Position numbers and translations under genes: made by a program
Shown: piece by piece, positions 57,077 to 64,000 of the stretch
Position numbering within the stretch: position 1 is the stretch's first letter
Layout of the letters: every line of letters begins with the position of its first letter
The notes under the pieces: model-generated
Databases searched by the model: none
What the model was told of the DNA's origin: nothing
What the model saw: only the letters and a program-made list of their open reading frames with translations
DNA from: Iamia sp.
GTDB lineage: Bacteria; Actinomycetota; Acidimicrobiia; Acidimicrobiales; Iamiaceae
DNA length: 64,000 nt
NCBI GenBank assembly: GCA_052038315.1
Contig: JBQGCF010000064.1
Coordinates: forward strand, 3,289-67,288
Direction of reading: 5' to 3'

Positions 57077-57098
57077 ACCCTACGGAAGGGGTGTGACA
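57077..57098 (-). promoter_or_regulatory. PafBC/RecA-NDp-like leaderless promoter
   Basis: Minus strand TGTCAC-N10-TAGGGT-N7-ATG. Confidence 0.55.
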
Positions 57099-57115
57099 GT
57101 GAAGGGAGGACCTGG

Positions 57116-58174
57116 TCAGGACCCTGACGGCACCCGGGCGACGACGGTGACGGCCAGGGCGGCGAAGAGGAAGGCGCCCGCCGCGTCCCGCTCCTCGAGC
57201 GAGGCGAGGTAGCGGCCGGCCTCGGCCTCGGTCACCACGCCGGCCTCGACGGCGGCGGCCGCGACCACGTCGAAGGGCCCGCCCGAGGCCCGGGCGATGG
57301 CCAGCGAGCGGTGCTCGATCGGCGTCAGCCAGCGCCCCACCACCTCCAGCCCGGTGGCCACGGCCAGCGCCGGGAGGTCCCGGCCGACGAGCGGGTGGCG
57401 GAACGTCGTGCGCCGGTGGGCCCGGATCCGCTCGAAGACCTCGACCTCGTCGGTGGCGACCAGGTGCGAGCCGTGGTCGGGCTCGGACAGCACGACGACG
57501 CCACCGGGCCGCACGACCCGGGTCAGCTCGGCCACCGCCGCGCCGGGCGTGGGGGTGTGGATCAGCACCGCCCGGGCCCAGGCGCCGGCGACGGCGCCGG
57601 GGGCGAAGGGGAGGGCCTGGCCGTCGCCCACCACGACCGCCGCACCGGGGGCGGTCGCCCGGGCGGTGGCCGCCATCGAGGCCGAGCGGTCGAGCCCCAC
57701 CGCACACCCACGCCCACCGTCGCCGCCGAGGGCGGCGTGGTCGAAGTAGCCGTCGCCGGTGAGATCGTCGTCGCCGGGGTGGCCGTCGTCGCCGGCGTGG
57801 TCGTCGTTGCCGCCGGTGCGACCGTCGGTGACCTGGCGGTCGTCGTCGGTGCGACGGGTGCGGTGGTCGTCGTCGGTGCGGTCGTCGTCGTCGGCGGGCC
57901 GGGTGGCCGCAGCGGCGGGGGCGCCGCCGGGGGCGGGGGTGGCGACGAGGGACGCAGGCGGAGAGACGGCGGTGGCGAGGGCGGCGAGGTCGACGCCGGG
58001 GCCGCAGCCGAGGTCGAGGACCCGGTCACCGGGGGCCAGGCCCAGGGCGGCCAGGGCGCCGTCGGCACCGGCGCGGCGCTGGTGGGCCATCCAGGCGACC
58101 AGGTCCTCGGCCGCCCCCGACGTCTCGACCCGGTCGAAGGCGCCCACGTCGACCAGCAGCGGCTCCTCCCCCAT
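57116..58174 (-). CDS. SAM-dependent methyltransferase (UbiE-like) with acidic low-complexity insertion
   Basis: VLDLGCGPG ... ~80-aa insert ... [25 protein letters not shown]. Confidence 0.82.
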   Translation of the reverse strand: MGEEPLLVDVGAFDRVETSGAAEDLVAWMAHQRRAGADGALAALGLAPGDRVLDLGCGPGVDLAALATAVSPPASLVATPAPGGAPAAAATRPADDDDRTDDDHRTRRTDDDRQVTDGRTGGNDDHAGDDGHPGDDDLTGDGYFDHAALGGDGGRGCAVGLDRSASMAATARATAPGAAVVVGDGQALPFAPGAVAGAWARAVLIHTPTPGAAVAELTRVVRPGGVVVLSEPDHGSHLVATDEVEVFERIRAHRRTTFRHPLVGRDLPALAVATGLEVVGRWLTPIEHRSLAIARASGGPFDVVAAAAVEAGVVTEAEAGRYLASLEERDAAGAFLFAALAVTVVARVPSGS

Positions 58175-58214
58175 CTCGGTGACGGTACCGCGGGGGAGCG
58201 GCGAGACTGGGCCG

Positions 58215-61200
58215 ATGGCACTGCCGGGAGCGGCGTCCGACCTGGTCGGGCGGGTCGACGAGCTGACGGCCCTGCGCGCCGCCTGGGCCGCGGCGGTCGA
58301 GGGCCGGCCCGGCGTCGTGCTGCTCGGCGGCGACGCCGGGGTCGGCAAGAGCCGGCTGGTCGCCGAGCTGCGCCCGGCGGTCGCCGACGCCGGTGGGGCC
58401 TGGCTCGTCGGCGCCACCCCGTCGCGGGGCTCCGGGGCCCAGCCCTTCGCCCCCCTCACCGGTGCGCTGCGGGTCCTGCTCCGCGAGCTGAGCGCCGCCG
58501 AGGACCGGGAGGAGCGCGATCGCATCATCGGCCCGGCCCGGGCCGACCTGGCCCGGCTCCTGCCCGAGCTGGGCCCGGCCGGCGGGGTCCCGGCCGGCTT
58601 CGACCAGGTGGCCACGGAACCGGCCCGGCTGTTCGAGCTGGTGATCGGGCTGCTCGAGCGGCTGGGTCGCGACCGGCCCGTGGCCCTGGTGCTGGAGGAC
58701 CTCCACTGGGCCGAGGCGTCCACCCTCGACCTGGTCGACTTCCTGGCCCGCAACCTCGACGGGCTCCGCCTCCTCGTCGTGCTGACGTACCGCACCGACG
58801 AGCTGCACCGCACCCACCCCCTCCGCCCGGCACTGGCCGAGCTGCGCCGGCTGCCGGTGGCCACCGCGACCACCGTCGAGCCGCTCGACGCCGACGAGGT
58901 CGCCCGGCTCGCCACCGCCCTGGCCGGCGCCGAGCTCCAGGAGCGCTTCGTCGAGCGGGTGGTGGCCCGGGCCAGCGGGCTGCCGTTCTTCGTCGAGGAG
59001 CTGGTCGCCGCCGGGGTCGACGCCTGCGACTCGACCGACGTCCCGCCCGGTCTCCAGGACGTCCTCCAGCTACGGGTCGACGCCCTCCCGCCGGAGGTGG
59101 CCGAGGTCGTGCGGGCGCTGGGCCCCGGCACCGCCACCGGTCCGGTCGACGACGCCCTGCTCCGCCATGTCACCGGGCTCGACGCGGCGACGCTGGCCGA
59201 GCGGGTCCGCACCGCCATCGCCCACCAGGTGCTGGTGAGCGACGACCAGGGCGTCGACTTCCGCCACGCCCTGGCCCGGGAGGTGGTCGAGGCCGACCTG
59301 CTGCCCGGCGAGCGGACCGCCCTCCACGCCGCCTTCGCCAGCGGCCTGGCCGCCCGCCCGGGCGCCGACCACGACCCCGCCACCGCGGCCCGCGCCGCCC
59401 TCCACTGGGGTGAGGCCCACGACGCCGCCGAGGCGCTGCGGTGGTCGGTCCGGGCGGGTGACGCGGCCCGCCGTGCCTATGGCTTCGCCGAGGCCGCCAC
59501 CCACATGCAGCACGTGCTGGAGACGTGGGACGCGGTCGCCGAGCCGGCGGCCACGGCCGGTCGCCCCCGCCTGAGCGTCGCCGCGGCCGCCGCCACCAGC
59601 CTGGTGCTGGGCAACCGGCTGCCCCGGGCCCGGGCCCTGATCGAGGCCGAGCTGGCTCGCGACGACGCCCACCCCGACCCGGACCTCGACCCCGACGACC
59701 GGGCCGACGGCCGGGCCGCCCTGATCGCCCTCCTGGGCCGGGTGCTCCGCTCGACCGGTGGGGCGGCGGCGTCGATCCCCATGCTGCGCCAGGCCCTGGC
59801 CACGTTCCCGGACCGGCCCAGCGTCAACCGCACCCGGGTCCAGATCGAGCTGGCCCACAGCCTGACCCTCACCGGGGACGCGGTGGCCGGGCTGGTCGAG
59901 GCCCGGGTGGCGCTGGCCCAGGCCGAGGAGGTGGGCGAGCGGTCGACGATCGGGCGGGCCCAGCACGTGGTGGGCCACGACCTGGTGCTGACCGGCACCG
60001 ACGTCGAGGGCGGCCTGGCCCTCCTGGAGGCGTCCCTCGTGATCGCCACCGAGACCGACGACATCGACTGGGAGACCCGCGCCTACGTCAACCTGTCGGA
60101 CACCCTGCGGCTGCTCGGTCGGCACGACCAGGCCCTCCACCACGGTATGGAGGGCCACCGCCGGGCCCTCGACCGGGGCCTGCGCCGCCACGGCTTCGCC
60201 CGTCTCAACGCGGCCGAGGTGCTGGTGGGCGTCGGGCGGCTGTCCGAGGCCCGGGCCATGGTCGACCAGCGGGTCGGCGACGACGGCCACATGGCGGCGA
60301 TCCACGCCGACCTCACCGAGGGCTGGCTCGACGTCCTCCAGGGCCGGCTCGACGACCTGGGCGCCACGATCGACCGGCTCGACCCGATCATCGCCGGCGA
60401 GGCCAACCTCCAGTTCGAGGGGGCGCTCACCCGCATCCGGCTCGAGCACCTCTGGCTGACCCGCACCCGCGAGGACCCGGGGCCCGTCGCCGCCGTGGTG
60501 CTGGCCCGCGACGGGGTCGGCGCCGACACCCAGTACCGGGCCGAGGTCCTGACCCTCGTCGCCCGGATCCGGGCCGACCAGGCCCTCGACCCGACACGCC
60601 GCGACGACGCCCGCGCCGCGGCGCGGGCCCGGCTGGAGGAGACGGCCGCCCTCGCCCTGGCGGCCGCGCCGCAGACGACGATGCCGCTGGCCCTGGCCGA
60701 GCCGCTGCTCGCCGCCGAGGTGGCCCGGGGCCGGGCCGAGGGGGCGGCGGCGGCCGAGGCCGAGCGCTGGGCGGGCGTCGTCGAGGCGGCCACCGCCGCC
60801 GGCCACCTCTGGCACCGCACCTACGCCGGCTGGCGGCGGGCCGAGGCCCTCGTCGCCGCCGGCGCTCCCGTCGCCGAGGCGCGGGCGGCTGTCCACGCCG
60901 CCCGGGAGGAGGCGTCGGCGAGGGGGGCGGCCCCGCTGATGGGCGAGCTCGACGCCCTGGCCCGGCGGGCCCGGCTGGCCCCGCTCGACGCGACGAACGA
61001 CGGCGACGAGCCCGGCGCCAGCAGCACGGCCGGTGACGGGGCGACCCCCGACCTGGGGCTGACGGCCCGGGAGGCGGAGGTGCTGGCCCTGCTGGCCGAG
61101 GGGCGGACCAACGGCGAGATCGGCGAGGCTCTGTACATCAGCACCCGCACCGCGGGCGTCCACGTCGGCAACATCCTGGCCAAGTTGGGCGTCCGCTCCC

Positions 61201-61247
61201 GGACCCAGGCCGCTGCCATCGCCCACCGGGCCGGGATCGGCGGCTGA
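58215..61247 (+). CDS. Large ATP-binding LuxR-family (LAL/STAND) transcriptional regulator
   Basis: [41 protein letters not shown]-terminal LTAREAEVL...[10 protein letters not shown]. Confidence 0.92.
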   Translation: MALPGAASDLVGRVDELTALRAAWAAAVEGRPGVVLLGGDAGVGKSRLVAELRPAVADAGGAWLVGATPSRGSGAQPFAPLTGALRVLLRELSAAEDREERDRIIGPARADLARLLPELGPAGGVPAGFDQVATEPARLFELVIGLLERLGRDRPVALVLEDLHWAEASTLDLVDFLARNLDGLRLLVVLTYRTDELHRTHPLRPALAELRRLPVATATTVEPLDADEVARLATALAGAELQERFVERVVARASGLPFFVEELVAAGVDACDSTDVPPGLQDVLQLRVDALPPEVAEVVRALGPGTATGPVDDALLRHVTGLDAATLAERVRTAIAHQVLVSDDQGVDFRHALAREVVEADLLPGERTALHAAFASGLAARPGADHDPATAARAALHWGEAHDAAEALRWSVRAGDAARRAYGFAEAATHMQHVLETWDAVAEPAATAGRPRLSVAAAAATSLVLGNRLPRARALIEAELARDDAHPDPDLDPDDRADGRAALIALLGRVLRSTGGAAASIPMLRQALATFPDRPSVNRTRVQIELAHSLTLTGDAVAGLVEARVALAQAEEVGERSTIGRAQHVVGHDLVLTGTDVEGGLALLEASLVIATETDDIDWETRAYVNLSDTLRLLGRHDQALHHGMEGHRRALDRGLRRHGFARLNAAEVLVGVGRLSEARAMVDQRVGDDGHMAAIHADLTEGWLDVLQGRLDDLGATIDRLDPIIAGEANLQFEGALTRIRLEHLWLTRTREDPGPVAAVVLARDGVGADTQYRAEVLTLVARIRADQALDPTRRDDARAAARARLEETAALALAAAPQTTMPLALAEPLLAAEVARGRAEGAAAAEAERWAGVVEAATAAGHLWHRTYAGWRRAEALVAAGAPVAEARAAVHAAREEASARGAAPLMGELDALARRARLAPLDATNDGDEPGASSTAGDGATPDLGLTAREAEVLALLAEGRTNGEIGEALYISTRTAGVHVGNILAKLGVRSRTQAAAIAHRAGIGG

Positions 61248-61252
61248 GCGGG

Positions 61253-61278
61253 CTCAGGGTGGGGCCGGACCGGCCGAT
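61253..61278 (+). promoter_or_regulatory. Putative sigma-28 (FliA/WhiG-like) promoter
   Basis: CTCA-N16-GCCGAT upstream of the 61310 gene. Confidence 0.45.
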
Positions 61279-61309
61279 CAGCCTCCGGAGTCGACGCAGG
61301 AGGACGGAC

Positions 61310-63484
61310 ATGGCGGGACGGCGAGGACGGACGGCGCTGGGCGCGCTCCTGCTGGCGACGGTGATCGGGACGACGGCCGCGGCGCCGGGCCCGGCACCGG
61401 CCGGGGCCCAGACGACCCCGGTGCCCCGCAAGGTCGGCGAGATCGTCGTCGACGATGCCGCCGGCCACGTCTTCGTGACCGCCGGGGACACCGTCACCGT
61501 GCACGACCTCGACGGGGTCCTGGTGCGCACGATCACCGGGCAGACCGCGGTCAGCGACCTGGTGCTCCACGACGGCACCGTCTACGTCCTGGCCGGTGGC
61601 GCCGAGCGGATCACCGCCATCGACTCCACGACCCTCGAGGTCACCGGCGGGTGGGACCTGGGTGTCGACCTGGCCACCTCGTTGGGGTGGGCCGACGGCC
61701 GGTTGTGGTTCGTCCACGGGTACCAGTGGGGCGACCTCGGCTCGCTGGACCCGGTCACCGGTGCCGTCGTCCCCGTGGCCGTCAGCACCGTGCGGGCCGG
61801 CGCCGAGCTCCAGGGCTACGGGGACCACCTCTACGTGCTGCCCCGGGGTCTGCAGCCGTCGACCCTCTGGGCCTACGACGTGTCGGGGGCGACCCCGGTC
61901 GCCGTCGACGCCACGCCCCACACCCTGTCGTGCTCGAACGGCCGCGACCTGGCCCTCTCGCTCGACGGCACGACCGCCTGGACCGCGTGCGGCTCGCCGT
62001 ACCGGATCGACCAGTGGGACCTGGCCGACCTCTCGGCCCCGTCCGGGTCACTGGGCATCGGCGCCTACCCGTCCGGCATCGCCACCACCGCCGGCGGCTA
62101 CCGGGTCGGCGCCGCGACCTGCTGCGGCGACACGGGCGTCCTCCTCTACGAGCCCGGCGCCACCAGCAAGGTCGAGAGCGCCCCCATCCCGGGCGACCAC
62201 TCGGCCGGCATGGTGGCCGGCAGCGCCGGGGGCGACCGCCTGTACGTGGGGACGCAGGACGGCCTCCTCCACACGGTCCGGCTCGACCCGGTGGTCACGT
62301 CGGTGGCGCCGACGCCGGTCGACCGCGGTGCCACCGTCACGGTGACCGGCACCGGCCTCGACGACGTGGCCACGGCGACGATCGGCGGGGTCGCCGCTCC
62401 GATCACGCCGGTGTCGGCCACCAGCCTGCGGCTCACCGTGCCGGCGGCGGTGGCCAACGGCACCCACCCGCTGCTGCTGACCAGCCGATGGGGCGACAGC
62501 GCCGACACGCCGGCGTCGGTCCGGGTCTTCGGCCCCGAGGCGCCCCGCGCCCCGGCCCGTCCGACGGTGACCCCTACCGGGCCCCACTCGGCCACCGTCA
62601 GCTGGCCGGCCCTGGACGGGGACAGCTGGCCGGCGACGAGCTACGAGGTCACCCTCCGGGCGGCCGGCCCGGTCGTGGCCACGGCGACGGTCACCGAGCG
62701 GTCGGCCACCTTCACCGGCCTGCGGGCCGAGATCGCCCACGAGGCGAGGGTCGTCGCCGTCAACGCCCTCGGCCGGTCGGCGGCGTCGTCGGCCGCGACC
62801 TTCACCCCCGCCGGTCCCGACGTCGCCCCCTTCGCCCGCATCTCCGAGCTGGTGCGCCAGCAGTTCGTCGACCTGCTCGGCCGGGCCCCGCAGCTCGCCG
62901 AGGAGGAGCTGTGGGTCGAGCGCCTGCGCCACGGCACCCACGTGCCCGGCGACGTGGTGGCCGGGCTGCGCACGTCGAGCGACCACGTCGCGGTCGTCGA
63001 CCCCGTCACCCGGCTCTACCTCGCCTCCTTCGCTCGCCTCCCCGAGCCGGCCGGGCTCGACTACTGGACCATGCGCCGCCGCAGCGGCACGCCGCTCCAG
63101 CAGGTGGCCCAGCACTTCGTCGCCTCGGCCGAGCTGCGCGCCCTCTACGGCTCGCTCGACCACGAGGCCTTCGTCCGGCGGGTCTACCGCAACGTCCTCG
63201 GCCGGGACGGCGACCCCGCCGGCATCGCCTACGGGACCGCCGAGCTCGAGGCCGGCCGGCGCACCCGGGCCTCGGTGCTGGTCGGCTTCTCCGAGTCGGC
63301 CGAGCACCGCCGGCGGCGGGCGGCGGACACCACCGTCGCCGTGCTGTGGGCCGGCCTGCTGCGGCGCCGGCCCACCGCGCAGGAGCTGACGACCACCGTC
63401 GAGCGGCTCGACGGGGGCACCCCGGTGGCGACGATCGCGGCCGAGATCCTGGCCTCCTCGGAGTACCACGCCCGCTGGCGATAG
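61310..63484 (+). CDS. Secreted surface protein: beta-propeller, IPT/TIG, FN3 and DUF4214 domains
   Basis: GGAGG RBS, signal peptide; PVVTSVAP..G.TVTVTGTGL; RLYLASFARLPEPAGLDYW...F..SAE...YG; VYRNVLGRDGD. Confidence 0.82.
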   Translation: MAGRRGRTALGALLLATVIGTTAAAPGPAPAGAQTTPVPRKVGEIVVDDAAGHVFVTAGDTVTVHDLDGVLVRTITGQTAVSDLVLHDGTVYVLAGGAERITAIDSTTLEVTGGWDLGVDLATSLGWADGRLWFVHGYQWGDLGSLDPVTGAVVPVAVSTVRAGAELQGYGDHLYVLPRGLQPSTLWAYDVSGATPVAVDATPHTLSCSNGRDLALSLDGTTAWTACGSPYRIDQWDLADLSAPSGSLGIGAYPSGIATTAGGYRVGAATCCGDTGVLLYEPGATSKVESAPIPGDHSAGMVAGSAGGDRLYVGTQDGLLHTVRLDPVVTSVAPTPVDRGATVTVTGTGLDDVATATIGGVAAPITPVSATSLRLTVPAAVANGTHPLLLTSRWGDSADTPASVRVFGPEAPRAPARPTVTPTGPHSATVSWPALDGDSWPATSYEVTLRAAGPVVATATVTERSATFTGLRAEIAHEARVVAVNALGRSAASSAATFTPAGPDVAPFARISELVRQQFVDLLGRAPQLAEEELWVERLRHGTHVPGDVVAGLRTSSDHVAVVDPVTRLYLASFARLPEPAGLDYWTMRRRSGTPLQQVAQHFVASAELRALYGSLDHEAFVRRVYRNVLGRDGDPAGIAYGTAELEAGRRTRASVLVGFSESAEHRRRRAADTTVAVLWAGLLRRRPTAQELTTTVERLDGGTPVATIAAEILASSEYHARWR

Positions 63485-63500
63485 GGTCGGGGCACAACCC

Positions 63501-63592
63501 GATCGGGGAGCTCGTGGCCACGGGCTGAGAGGACGGCAGGACCCGCCGTCGACCCGCACACCTGACCTGGGCAATGCCAGCGGAGGAAATCA
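63501..63592 (+). ncRNA. TPP riboswitch
   Basis: GGGGAG...GCTGAGA...GACCC...ACCTGA.CTGGG.AATGCCAGCG.AGG upstream of a thiamine-binding protein gene. Confidence 0.92.
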
Positions 63593-63593
63593 C

Positions 63594-64000
63594 GTGGTCC
63601 ACCACACCGTCGTCCCGTCCCCTCGACGCCGTCGCGCCCTCGCGGCCGTCGTCGCCACCGCCCTGCTGATCAGCGGAGCGGCCTGCACCGACGATCCCGA
63701 GCCGGCCGGCGTGGGCGAGTCGGGCACCACCGAGCCCGAGCCCACCAGCTGCCGGCCCGACGAGCTGCCCCCGCCCGTCGACCCCACCGCGGTGGCCGAC
63801 GAGGACCTGGCCGGCACCACGGTCACCCTCGCCACCCACGACTCCTTCGCCGTGTCGGAGGGGCTGTTCGACACCTTCACCGAGGAGACCGGCATCGAGG
63901 TCGAGCTGGTCAGCGCCGGCGACGCCGGCACCATGGTCAGCCAGGCGATCCTCACCGCCGGCGACCCGGTGGCCGACGTGATGTTCGGCATCGACACCAC
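63594..64000 (+). CDS. thiB: Thiamine ABC transporter substrate-binding lipoprotein (partial)
   Basis: Manual translation: GAAC lipobox, TLATHDSF, GDAGTMVSQAILT..DPVADVMFGID; follows the TPP riboswitch. Confidence 0.88.
   Translation, partial: MVHHTVVPSPRRRRALAAVVATALLISGAACTDDPEPAGVGESGTTEPEPTSCRPDELPPPVDPTAVADEDLAGTTVTLATHDSFAVSEGLFDTFTEETGIEVELVSAGDAGTMVSQAILTAGDPVADVMFGIDT

Noticed and set aside
58215-61247. STAND ATPase as an antiviral (Avs-type) system
   Set aside because: The C-terminal LuxR HTH identifies a LAL transcription regulator; no nuclease, TIR or other effector domain is seen.
1-64000. Hundreds of long overlapping Arg/Pro/Gly-rich ORFs in the six-frame track
   Set aside because: They are shadow frames caused by very high GC and stop-codon scarcity; they have no motifs and overlap well-supported genes.
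48826-64000. Integrated element at tRNA-Ser
   Set aside because: No integrase, no duplicated tRNA 3' end seen, and composition resembles the host.

Overview
A 64 kb, very GC-rich (visually about 75%) actinobacterial chromosomal segment. Gene content and protein style suggest Acidimicrobiia (Iamia-like); this is an inference. It contains the block that usually lies near the origin in Actinobacteria: DUF6049-like gene, CCA-adding enzyme, DUF5318-ponA, rpsF-ssb-rpsR-rplI-dnaB. It also carries panB, gluQ, a TrkA/TrkA/OB-fold plus KimA-like potassium locus, two ECF sigma/anti-sigma pairs, many small metabolic genes, tRNA-Ser(UGA), an S6:S18 leader and a TPP riboswitch ahead of thiB. I found no CRISPR array, transposase, integrase or prophage, and no clear multi-gene novel system. 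The most unusual observations are: (1) a GH29 fucosidase ORF whose stop codon is the anticodon of the overlapping tRNA-Ser; (2) two DnaA-box-like clusters, before rpsF and before dnaB; (3) a PilT paralogue with degenerate Walker B and His box behind a sigma-28-like promoter shared with a DUF4214 surface protein; (4) an SSB-tail-like N-terminal extension on DnaB; (5) a Doc toxin with its catalytic loop deleted; (6) anti-sigma factors with unrecognised repeated extracellular domains. All family assignments come from motif recognition by eye, not database searches.
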